DNA from: Clostridia bacterium
GTDB lineage: Bacteria > Bacillota > Clostridia > Christensenellales > UBA1242
Length of the DNA stretch: 61,236 nt
Direction of reading: 5' to 3'
Assembly (NCBI GenBank): GCA_017625505.1
Contig: JAGAKV010000008.1
Span: 1-61,236, forward strand
Below, piece after piece: positions 9,234 to 17,090 of the stretch. The position numbers and the translations under genes are program-made. A model generated the notes under the pieces. It was not told where the DNA came from. It worked only from the letters and a program-made list of their open reading frames with translations, and did no database searches. Positions within the stretch are counted from its first letter, which is position 1, and each line of letters begins with the position of its first letter.

Positions 9234-10062
9234 AGCGGGATATGTTGCCCTTGTGGGAAGACCAAATGCAGGGAAAAGCAGCCTTTTGAATGCTATAATT
9301 GGTGAAAAAGTGGCAATTGTTTCCTCAAAACCTCAAACCACACGAGATAATATTTTGGGGATTCTTACGACCGAAGAGTATCAGCTTGTTTTTGTGGATA
9401 CGCCGGGGGTTCATCACAGCAAAAACCTTCTTGACAAGGCAATGATGAAAAATGTGCGTAGCGCACTTGCAGGTGTGGATTGTGTTGTTTATCTTGTTGA
9501 TGGAAGCAAGGCGCCGGATGAAGAGGAACTTGATTATATCAATCATATCGAAGGGGACAAGATTGTTGTAAAAACAAAGACCGATCTTCCAAAACTTCAA
9601 GAGTTCGATTGCGACATTGCTCTGTCGTCAAAGACTGGTGAAAATGTAGATCTTCTTATATCAAAAATTCTTGAGTCTATTCCGGAGTATGAAGAGCAAT
9701 ATTACATCTATCCGCCGGACTATTACACTGATAAAAGTGTAAAATTTTTGATCAGTGAAGAAATACGTGAGAAGGCACTACATCTTTTAAATCAAGAAGT
9801 TCCTCATGGAATTGCAGTCGAAATCATTCGTTTTTACGAAGGCGAAAACGTTGTTGAGATTGATGCCGATATTGTTTGTGAACAAGAGCGTCATAAGGGG
9901 ATGATTATTGGCAAGGGCGGCGCCACGCTTAAAGAGATAGGCATGGCTGCAAGAAAGTTTGCAACTCAACTGCTTGATAAAAAAGTTATGCTCAAACTCT
10001 TTGTCAAAGTTGAAAAAGATTGGCGCAATAAGCCGCAAAAAGTAAAAAATCTGGGCTATTAA
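9226..10062 (+). CDS. era: GTPase Era
   Basis: GRPNAGKSS (G1), DTPG (G3), TKTD (G4), C-terminal KH region (IIGKGGATLKEIG). Confidence 0.92.
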   Translation: MFKAGYVALVGRPNAGKSSLLNAIIGEKVAIVSSKPQTTRDNILGILTTEEYQLVFVDTPGVHHSKNLLDKAMMKNVRSALAGVDCVVYLVDGSKAPDEEELDYINHIEGDKIVVKTKTDLPKLQEFDCDIALSSKTGENVDLLISKILESIPEYEEQYYIYPPDYYTDKSVKFLISEEIREKALHLLNQEVPHGIAVEIIRFYEGENVVEIDADIVCEQERHKGMIIGKGGATLKEIGMAARKFATQLLDKKVMLKLFVKVEKDWRNKPQKVKNLGY

Positions 10063-10150
10063 ACGCTGTCTTAATCAAAAAAAACAAGTTGATTTTAGAA
10101 GTTTGTGGCAATTGCAGTAAAGAAGAGATGAGTCGTTGTATAGAATAGTA

Positions 10151-10182
10151 AAAAACGAAAGCGGTCAATGCTTTCGTTTTTT
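10151..10182 (+). terminator. Rho-independent terminator after era
   Basis: AACGAAAGC / GCTTTCGTT stem plus a T-run. Confidence 0.7.
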
Positions 10183-10336
10183 CTTGCTTCGATGCGTATA
10201 TATACTTATTTTTTTATAGAAATGCGTTATAATTTTTAATAAAGACGGATATCAAGGGACACGTATGCATCAACTTATTACTTTATGTTAATAAACTTCC
10301 AATATATTGTTGGAGCTTATCATTTTGATATTATAA

Positions 10337-11077
10337 TTATATTTCAAAATAGTGGTCACTAGTCTCAAAAACAAATCCTGCTGATTTTGCAGCTTTGTTT
10401 GACCTTATGTTATCATTATCACATACCCAATACACATTTTTATCTTTTCTTTGACAACGTAATAAAAATGCGTTGGTTAGTTTTTTAGCATAACCTAAAC
10501 CTTGAAATTTATCATCTATCCAAATATTAGCACCAAGACTATCTTTAAGACTATATTCACTTAAACAAAATCCAACAACCTCATCATTAATAACTAATGC
10601 TACACCAACACCTGTTTTAAAAAAGTCTTTCATATTTGTGTAGGAATAAAGTTCATCTATTATTAAATTTGAATTTTTATAATTTTTCATCATAAATTCT
10701 GGAGTTATTTCCACTATATGTTCATCTTCAATATAATTAATATCTTTTCTAACATCGAAAATATATGAATTGATTTGTTTATCTATTAATCTATCAGAAA
10801 GTTTTGATTTGAGAAATGAACACCATTTGTTATCTGGCACATACAAATATTGTGGTGAACTTAAATCTTTTAAGTAGGAAACCAATTGTTCGCCATTTTC
10901 TTTTGAAAAATTACCGCCAACAAATATACTTAGTCCCCAAGATAGTATCAAGCCATCATTATTTACTAGATCTGTCGCTTTGCCTTGTTTTCTTTGTAAA
11001 AGTGATTGTATTAAGTTTGGATAAATGAAATAATCATATAAATATAAATCATTCTCTTTTAAAATTCTGTTTTCCAT
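10337..11077 (-). CDS. GNAT-family N-acetyltransferase with an N-terminal extra domain (ZmaR-like architecture)
   Basis: C-terminal acetyl-CoA region IWIDDKFQGLGYAKKLTNAFL...IRSNKAAKSAGF. Confidence 0.65.
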   Translation of the reverse strand: MENRILKENDLYLYDYFIYPNLIQSLLQRKQGKATDLVNNDGLILSWGLSIFVGGNFSKENGEQLVSYLKDLSSPQYLYVPDNKWCSFLKSKLSDRLIDKQINSYIFDVRKDINYIEDEHIVEITPEFMMKNYKNSNLIIDELYSYTNMKDFFKTGVGVALVINDEVVGFCLSEYSLKDSLGANIWIDDKFQGLGYAKKLTNAFLLRCQRKDKNVYWVCDNDNIRSNKAAKSAGFVFETSDHYFEI

Positions 11078-11123
11078 AATCTTCTCCTTTTATTATTTTT
11101 ATCTTCATTTTATTGTAACATTA

Positions 11124-11807
11124 TTATATTGATTTTGTGTCGCATTTTAAGCTTTTTATTAATCCAAAATGTTGTTCAACTTGCGCCAATGTATTTTCAA
11201 CTGTGGAATTTTCATTTCTTTCAATATAAAAGAATTGGCTATTTTTTATTGTTTGACATCTTTCTTCGTTAACTATTCTAAGAACTTCATTGCAATTTTG
11301 TTTTGCTTTTGTTGGATTTGTTGAAGAATGAATAAATCTATTAAACCCAACATGGCTAGGTCTATGACAATAATCATCAATAATGTTGTCATTATTTTCT
11401 CTCATTAAAAACACAACTTGATTTGGATTTGCAAGCTTTTCAGCTTCTTCAACAGTTAAGTGTAAATCACAAACAACTATTTGATTTTTAGATAATTCCA
11501 CCAAATCTGCCAAAATAAATTCCATTTGTTCAGCTGAATTGTCTTTTAACCATTGAACATACTCATTTGTGTCACGCAAGAAAAACTCATCTGCATCTTT
11601 AAAAGTTTTATTCATATTAGGTTGGTATGTTGGATTTGAAAGTTTTTTATGTTCATCAAATCTTTCATCAACATCATAACGAAGCCAACCATATTTTTCT
11701 GCCAATGCTTTAGATATTGTTGTTTTACCACCTGTGGCAGTTCCTGTTATAAAATATACATTTTTAAATTGTTCTTTTTTATATTTTTCTAAATATACTT
11801 TTCCCAA
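11124..11807 (-). CDS. P-loop kinase-like protein (small-molecule/nucleotide kinase fold)
   Basis: Walker A ITGTATGGKTTISKAL. About 227 aa. No other motif was recognised. Confidence 0.55.
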   Translation of the reverse strand: MGKVYLEKYKKEQFKNVYFITGTATGGKTTISKALAEKYGWLRYDVDERFDEHKKLSNPTYQPNMNKTFKDADEFFLRDTNEYVQWLKDNSAEQMEFILADLVELSKNQIVVCDLHLTVEEAEKLANPNQVVFLMRENNDNIIDDYCHRPSHVGFNRFIHSSTNPTKAKQNCNEVLRIVNEERCQTIKNSQFFYIERNENSTVENTLAQVEQHFGLIKSLKCDTKSI

Positions 11808-11818
11808 AATTTATCTCC

Positions 11819-13474
11819 TTAAATTTTATTTATTTTTCCATTCTTCAACTCATAAACATTATCAAAACAATCATAGTTGTTAAGTTTGTGTGCTATAACA
11901 AATATTGTCTTGTGTTGTTTTAATTCGGTTAAAGTTTTAAATAATTTTGTTTGATTTTCGCTGTCCAACGCACTTGTTGGCTCATCTAAACATATAATTT
12001 TGCTATTCTTTAAAATTGCTCTTGCAATTTCAATTCTTTGTTTTTGTCCACCACTAAGATTTGTTCCGTTTTCAGTTAAAATAGTGTTGTATTCATTTTC
12101 AAAAGAAATAATTTCTTCGTGAATGTTTGCGAGTTTGCAAGCATTTTCTATTTCTTCAAGAGTAGCGTTTGGTTTAACAATCTTGATGTTGTTTAAAATT
12201 GTATCACTAAATATAAATGGTTCTTGGTTTACAATACAAACATTTTCTCTAAATGATTTTTCAGCAATGTCGTTTATATCAACATCATCAAAGAATATTT
12301 TACCATTATCAACTTCATATAGTTTAGATAACAACAAAAACAATGTTGATTTACCACTTCCAGAACTGCCAACCAAAACATTCAAACTATTAGGCTGTAA
12401 TTCAAGGTTGATATTATCTAAAATCTTCTTTTCATCATAAGCAAAAGTTAAATTTTTAATTGTTATTTTACCTTGATTGAAAGTATTTGTAAATTCTCCA
12501 AATTCTTCTTTGTTTGGTGTGTCAATTATCTCTAAAACTCTTTTTGCGTAATAATTGCCATTAACATAATAGCCTTTAAGTTTAGAGAAAAATCCAACCG
12601 TGTCATACATCAGACTCTTATAATTAAATATTAAAAGTAATGTAACAATTTCGATTTGACCAGTAGGCAGCAGCCACAACATACTCATAAACACTAAGAC
12701 ACTATCTATAACCCATTGAGTGTATGTTGCAATTCTTGAAATAAGTTCAAATTTAGTGTTTTTCTTATAAGTTTTTTCAAGTAAGTCATTATTTGATTTA
12801 CTCATTTTATTGTTAATTTCTGCCTTAACTCCAAAACCTTTTATATCTTTAATTCCATATATAATTTCATTAAATTCAGAGTTCGCTTTTTCAGTAGATT
12901 TCTTAACCAACTCTAAATTTTTAAGGTCTGCATTTACTTTTATGCTTTCAATCATAAATAATAGTGCAACACCAATGGTAAAGAATAATCCACATTGCCA
13001 GCTTAATATATAGATTATAACTAAAAATCCAAAATTTGTGAACACATCAACGAGAGTTCCTGCAACATTCCCAACAAAGGCGCTAATTTCGTTAACATCA
13101 TCATTTAATCTCTCTAAATAGTATCCTGAACCATTTTCTTTGATTGCTGAATATTTTGTGTTTAATAAATTTGATACTATATCTTTTTTAATATCAGCAG
13201 ATACTTTCTTTGAAAGAGTATAAGCAAATTTACTCCATAAAAACCAGTTAATGTGATGAATAGTAACAACAGCTAAAACATATATTGTAAATCTAATAGC
13301 AGTTTTTGCAATTCCGCTAGTTATTCCAATAAGTTGTTCGCTCATAAGATATGACATAAACACACCAGCAGAACTTGCTATAAGCATTACAGAGAGTAAT
13401 GCAATAATTAATTTTAAGTGCTTTTTGTAATAAGGTTTAAAAGCGCATAAATTCTTAAATCTTTTTAAAAACAT
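11819..13474 (-). CDS. ABC exporter, fused permease-ATPase half transporter
   Basis: N-terminal multi-TM domain. GSSGSGKST Walker A, LSGGQKQRIEIARAIL signature, ICLDEPTSALD Walker B. Confidence 0.88.
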   Translation of the reverse strand: MFLKRFKNLCAFKPYYKKHLKLIIALLSVMLIASSAGVFMSYLMSEQLIGITSGIAKTAIRFTIYVLAVVTIHHINWFLWSKFAYTLSKKVSADIKKDIVSNLLNTKYSAIKENGSGYYLERLNDDVNEISAFVGNVAGTLVDVFTNFGFLVIIYILSWQCGLFFTIGVALLFMIESIKVNADLKNLELVKKSTEKANSEFNEIIYGIKDIKGFGVKAEINNKMSKSNNDLLEKTYKKNTKFELISRIATYTQWVIDSVLVFMSMLWLLPTGQIEIVTLLLIFNYKSLMYDTVGFFSKLKGYYVNGNYYAKRVLEIIDTPNKEEFGEFTNTFNQGKITIKNLTFAYDEKKILDNINLELQPNSLNVLVGSSGSGKSTLFLLLSKLYEVDNGKIFFDDVDINDIAEKSFRENVCIVNQEPFIFSDTILNNIKIVKPNATLEEIENACKLANIHEEIISFENEYNTILTENGTNLSGGQKQRIEIARAILKNSKIICLDEPTSALDSENQTKLFKTLTELKQHKTIFVIAHKLNNYDCFDNVYELKNGKINKI

Positions 13475-13532
13475 AATATTCTCCTTAAATTTATATTTCG
13501 GCGGGGAATATAAAACTAAGGAACTTTTATCT

Positions 13533-13574
13533 AAAAAACAAAAGAAAAAAGTCCACCCAAAATCTAAGTGAACT
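13533..13574 (-). terminator. Second terminator-like hairpin inside the leader of the ABC operon
   Basis: Minus-strand AGTTCAC / GTGGACT stem (one G-U pair), 11-nt loop, long U-run. Confidence 0.4.
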
Positions 13575-13611
13575 TTATCTTTATATATAACAATGCAATT
13601 ACAAAATCAAT

Positions 13612-13683
13612 CACAAAAAATAGATAAAACCCACTAGTTTTATATGCTTACTACACATAAAACTAGCCGAGTAGTTTTATGTG
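13612..13683 (-). promoter_or_regulatory. Three-arm mutually exclusive hairpin element (antiterminator/terminator candidate)
   Basis: Minus-strand arm1 CACATAAAACTA, arm2 TAGTTTTATGTG, arm3 CATATAAAACTAG. 1:2 is a perfect 12 bp. 2:3 is 13 bp with one G-U, followed by UGGGUUUUAUCUAUUUUUUG. Confidence 0.5.
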
Positions 13684-13684
13684 G

Positions 13685-13717
13685 CTATTTAGTTCTTAAT
13701 TTCATAATTGTACACAT
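13685..13717 (-). CDS. Candidate 10-codon leader peptide MCTIMKLRTK
   Basis: AAAGGAGA SD lies 7 nt before the ATG. The TAG stop lies 1 nt before arm1 of the hairpin element. Confidence 0.45.
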   Translation of the reverse strand: MCTIMKLRTK

Positions 13718-13741
13718 AATATTTCTCCTTTTGATGTTCAT

Positions 13742-13770
13742 ATATTAGCAAAATTTAAATCAAAAGTCAA
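13742..13770 (-). promoter_or_regulatory. Strong promoter of the leader/ABC operon
   Basis: Minus strand: TTGACT, 17-nt spacer, TGcTAATAT extended -10. Confidence 0.6.
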
Positions 13771-13801
13771 TACCTTTTTTAAAAAAATATTTTCTCTCAT
13801 A

Positions 13802-14656
13802 TTAGTGTATAATTTCAACCTCTTCTTCAAGCAGCACATTAAATTTGCTTTGGACTTCCTCTTTGCAATAATCAATCAAATATTTGACATCGTCAAATGT
13901 TGCGTTTGCTTCGTTGATGATGAAATTGGCGTGCTTTTGTGAAATGATAGCTCCGCCTTTTCTTTTGCCTTTAAGGCCGCACTGATCTATCAGGTTACCT
14001 GCGCTGTAACCTTCTGGATTTTTAAAAACACAGCCACAGCTGAAACCCTTTGGCTGAATCTCGTTGCGATATAAGATAGCCTCATGATAGCTTTTGGCAA
14101 CAGTTTCGCTGTTTTGTTGTTTAAGTCTAAAGGTTGCCGAAATGATTATACCGGAGGGGAGTTGTGTGTGCCGGTATGAGTAAACGCACTGTGACTTTTT
14201 TAGAGTAATAATTTTATCCTCATGCAACATTGTGATTTTCTCAAGATGAGAGAACGCATCCTGCCCCATAAAGGAGGCGTTATTTTTAATGAAGCCACCA
14301 ACTGATGCAGGGATTGTGCAGGCTTTTTCTATACCAATTAATCCAGCTTCTTTGCATGAGATGTAAAGCTGTGAAAGTGGCGTATTTGAGGAAACTGTTA
14401 GAAAATCGCCATTTATTTTGATTTTTTTATGCATTTTGCTTAAATTTATACAAATTTTTGCTGTTTGAGGCGAAATTAAAAGATTGCTCCCTTTTCCAAT
14501 GACGAAATAACTGAGGTTGAGTTTGTTAAATTTCTCTAATAAATATTTGCACTGTCCAATTGTTTTTGGGGAAACGACAACAGGCAGGTTCCCTTGCGTT
14601 TTGTATGTGGTCAAGTCCTTGATTGGAACATCTAAATCATATTCTATTTTGCTCAT
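13802..14656 (-). CDS. murB: UDP-N-acetylenolpyruvoylglucosamine reductase
   Basis: FAD-binding VIGKGSNLL. C-terminal GGAIISQKHANFIIN. 284 aa. Confidence 0.88.
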   Translation of the reverse strand: MSKIEYDLDVPIKDLTTYKTQGNLPVVVSPKTIGQCKYLLEKFNKLNLSYFVIGKGSNLLISPQTAKICINLSKMHKKIKINGDFLTVSSNTPLSQLYISCKEAGLIGIEKACTIPASVGGFIKNNASFMGQDAFSHLEKITMLHEDKIITLKKSQCVYSYRHTQLPSGIIISATFRLKQQNSETVAKSYHEAILYRNEIQPKGFSCGCVFKNPEGYSAGNLIDQCGLKGKRKGGAIISQKHANFIINEANATFDDVKYLIDYCKEEVQSKFNVLLEEEVEIIH

Positions 14657-14721
14657 AATATTATCTATGTTAAATAATAATTTTTGACACGGAAAAGGAA
14701 AGAAAAAGCATATATCTTACT

Positions 14722-16059
14722 ATGTTTGAGAATATTAATAGCGTATATTTTATCGGTATTGGCGGGATTAGTATGTCAGCACTTGCTATGCTAATACAGT
14801 CTAAGGGGATTAAAGTTTGTGGCTCGGACGACAATCTTTCCTCTGTTACTGAGAATTTGCAGAAGAAGGGCATCGAAGTTATAGAAGGCAGGGCGCCAAA
14901 TTTGGTTAAAGAATGTGACATTTGTGTTGTAAGTGGGGCGATAAGCGATGACAATGAAGATTTGTTTTTGGCAAATAGGCTGGGTAAGAAAATTTTGTCT
15001 CGCGCCGAACTGTTAGGGGAACTTGCTAGTGAGAAAAAATGTATTTCAATTGCAGGGACTCATGGCAAAACGACCACGACTGGGATGTTGGCGACCATTA
15101 TGCTTAAGGCCGGACTAGATCCAACTATTCATATAGGCGGCATTCTTAATGAAATAGATTCTAATCTACATATAGGCAGTGGCGAGTATTTTTTGACGGA
15201 GGCATGCGAATACAAAGATAGTTTTTTGTCTTTATCGAGTGATATATCGGTTGTTTTGAATGTCGAACCTGATCATCTTGACTATTTTAAATCTTTTGAT
15301 AATTTGCGGAACTCGTTTAAAAAATTTGTAAAAAACACTAAAAAATATGGTTTTTCTGTAATAAATGGTGACATTTTAAGTAATTTTGAACAAAATGTAA
15401 ATGTTTTAACGTTTGGTTTGGGCGAGGAAAATGTCATAACTGCAAAAAATATTCGAGAGTATGCGGCTGGGAAATTTGCTTATGATTTATATGTTGAAGA
15501 GGAGTTTGTTGGGGAAATATCTCTTTCTTCTTTTGGCAAACATAATGTGGAAAACTCTCTTGCAGCTGTTGCGGTGTCTCTTCTTCTTGACATTGATTTT
15601 GCTGTTATTCAAGCGGGACTTGCGGAGTACAAAGGGGCAAAAAGACGAATGGATGTTGTTCGTGAGAAGTCGCCGATGATTATTCATGATTATGCGCATC
15701 ACCCCACAGAAATTGAGGGCACGCTGCTTACCTGCAAGTCTATAAATAAAAAAGTTATAGCAATTTTTCAGCCGCATACATATTCAAGGACGAGGGATTT
15801 GTATGAACAGTTCTTGTCATGCTTTTCGTTATGCGAGCAGGTGTGGCTGCTGCCTATTTATTCAGCTCGTGAAGAGCCGATTGAAAACATATCTTCTTTA
15901 AGGCTTTCGAAAGAGTTGAATGTGCGAGGGATCAAAAGCAAGTATTTCGCTTCAATGCAGGATTGTCAAAATGCGATAAAGGGTGTTAAAAATGATTGCT
16001 TGTTTGCAGTACTTGGTGCAGGGGATATAGAAAAACTAGCTGAGTTGTTAAGAAAATAG
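14722..16059 (+). CDS. murC: UDP-N-acetylmuramate--L-alanine ligase
   Basis: IGIGGISMSALA, GTHGKTTTTGM, Mur ligase C-terminal region. Divergent from murB. Confidence 0.92.
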   Translation: MFENINSVYFIGIGGISMSALAMLIQSKGIKVCGSDDNLSSVTENLQKKGIEVIEGRAPNLVKECDICVVSGAISDDNEDLFLANRLGKKILSRAELLGELASEKKCISIAGTHGKTTTTGMLATIMLKAGLDPTIHIGGILNEIDSNLHIGSGEYFLTEACEYKDSFLSLSSDISVVLNVEPDHLDYFKSFDNLRNSFKKFVKNTKKYGFSVINGDILSNFEQNVNVLTFGLGEENVITAKNIREYAAGKFAYDLYVEEEFVGEISLSSFGKHNVENSLAAVAVSLLLDIDFAVIQAGLAEYKGAKRRMDVVREKSPMIIHDYAHHPTEIEGTLLTCKSINKKVIAIFQPHTYSRTRDLYEQFLSCFSLCEQVWLLPIYSAREEPIENISSLRLSKELNVRGIKSKYFASMQDCQNAIKGVKNDCLFAVLGAGDIEKLAELLRK

Positions 16060-16146
16060 CCAAAAGGTTGTTATTTTATCTGAAATTAATTGATTTTTAT
16101 TGTTTCTTTTGCTATAATACAAATGTTAATCAAAGAGAGGTGACTT

Positions 16147-16473
16147 ATGGATCCAATTGTGATTGAAATTATCGGAATAGTTTCAACTGTTTTAATATTG
16201 TTTTCAATGTTGTTTAAAACTACAACACTTGTTGGGGATATAAGGATGAGGGCGCTCAACCTTGTAGGCTCGGTTGTGTTTGTGGTGTATGGAGCGCTTC
16301 TTCCTGCGATCAGTACGGCTGTTTTGAATGGCGCACTTGTTATAGTAAACACATTTCATTTAATTTCGCTTTGCAGGCAGTATAAAAAGGAAAAGCAAGA
16401 AAAAAACGCCGAGAAAACAGAGCGACTAAGCGATAAAACAGCAACAGCAACTGAAGAGAAAAAAGAAAATTAG
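16147..16473 (+). CDS. Small three-TM membrane protein with a K/E-rich tail
   Basis: Three hydrophobic segments. SD AGAGAGGTGA. TGCTATAAT promoter upstream (about 16113-16121). Confidence 0.5.
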   Translation: MDPIVIEIIGIVSTVLILFSMLFKTTTLVGDIRMRALNLVGSVVFVVYGALLPAISTAVLNGALVIVNTFHLISLCRQYKKEKQEKNAEKTERLSDKTATATEEKKEN

Positions 16474-16585
16474 AATTTTGTTTGGACACTTTTGTGCATT
16501 GTTTAAATCCTAACACGACAAATCTATAAAAACAACAAGGGGAGTGCTTGTAGTATGACGACGTAACATGAAATGAGCACTTCCT

Positions 16586-16628
16586 GCTGTTATGGCTCAG
16601 CAGGTAGAGCAGCACCTTGGTAAGGGGC
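16586..16628 (+). pseudogene. 5' fragment of a tRNA-Thr(GGU) gene (acceptor 5' arm, D-arm, anticodon arm only)
   Basis: GCTGTTA TG GCTC AGCAGGTA GAGC A GCACC TTGGTAA GGGGC. No T-arm or 3' acceptor strand follows. Confidence 0.55.
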
Positions 16629-16697
16629 CGCAGACGGCTTTTTCAAATGAATTTATGGGGCATTAATTTGCCCCTAAAAATTCTTAAAATTTAATAT

Positions 16698-16773
16698 GCT
16701 GATATACCTCAGGCGGTAGAGGACGCGCTTGGTAAGCGCGCTGCCCCGGGTTCGAGTCCCGGTATCAGCTCCA
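16698..16773 (+). tRNA. tRNA-Thr (anticodon GGT), CCA encoded
   Basis: Hand-folded cloverleaf: acceptor GCTGATA/TATCAGC, D CCTC/GAGG, anticodon stem CGCGC/GCGCG with loop TTGGTAA, T stem CCGGG/CCCGG with TTCGAGT, then T-CCA. Confidence 0.93.
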
Positions 16774-16780
16774 ATTGCTA

Positions 16781-16807
16781 AAACCCTTTATTTATAAGGG
16801 TTTTTTT
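16781..16807 (+). terminator. Terminator after tRNA-Thr
   Basis: AAACCCTT / AAGGGTTT stem plus a T-run. Confidence 0.7.
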
Positions 16808-17007
16808 GATGTCCGGACGCCTATTTGATGTCAAAACAATTTCCTTTATTACACATTCAAAATTTTATTTTTATACGACTTTTAACTAATTATAACATCT
16901 AAAAATTGTTATAACAAATAAGATTTTCGGTCAATTTTGACAAATCATCAAAAATCATTTAAAATCGCCTAAAATCGTATGCGTTGATGTCAAATTGATG
17001 TCAAATG
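16806..17007. repeat. Iteron-like array of TTGATGTC(A/C) copies plus phased AAATC repeats
   Basis: TTGATGTC at 16806, 16825, 16984 and 16995 (the last two are tandem at an 11-nt period). Palindrome GTCAATTTTGAC at 16930-16941. (A/C)AAATC at 16941, 16951, 16961 and 16971, with exact 10-bp phasing. Confidence 0.6.
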
Positions 17008-17032
17008 TTAAATAAAAAAAAATGGGAGCACG

Positions 17033-17070
17033 ATTGCTCCCGTTTTACATTTCAAAATCTTACTTGTGCT
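17033..17070. repeat. Direct repeat A (hairpin terminator module) flanking the 403-aa gene cassette
   Basis: GGGAGCAcgatTGCTCCCgTTTTacaTTTCAAAATcTT. Similar to 18374..18413. Confidence 0.6.
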
Positions 17071-17090
17071 TGAATTTTGATTTTATTATA

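Noticed and set aside
10185-10336. Possible small RNA or 7-codon ORF (MHQLITLC) after a TGCGTTATAAT-like -10 downstream of era
   Set aside because: It has no SD, no convincing -35, no clear terminator and no pairing logic with neighbouring genes. The evidence is insufficient to call a feature.
13582-13610. Second promoter (TTGATT, 17-nt spacer, TATATA) inside the ABC operon leader
   Set aside because: Hexamers of this quality arise by chance in such AT-rich sequence. The upstream TTGACT/TGcTAATAT promoter is much stronger. It is kept only as a caveat to the attenuator model.
16340-16615. 91-aa minus-strand ORF overlapping the end of the membrane protein gene and the tRNA remnant
   Set aside because: It overlaps a better-supported plus-strand gene and tRNA-like sequence. 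It has no SD and no motif.
16586-16773. Possibility that the tRNA fragment and the intact tRNA form one intron-containing or split tRNA
   Set aside because: The intact gene folds into a complete cloverleaf on its own. The intervening 70 nt shows none of the P/Q/R/S-type conserved cores expected of a group I intron and is far too short.
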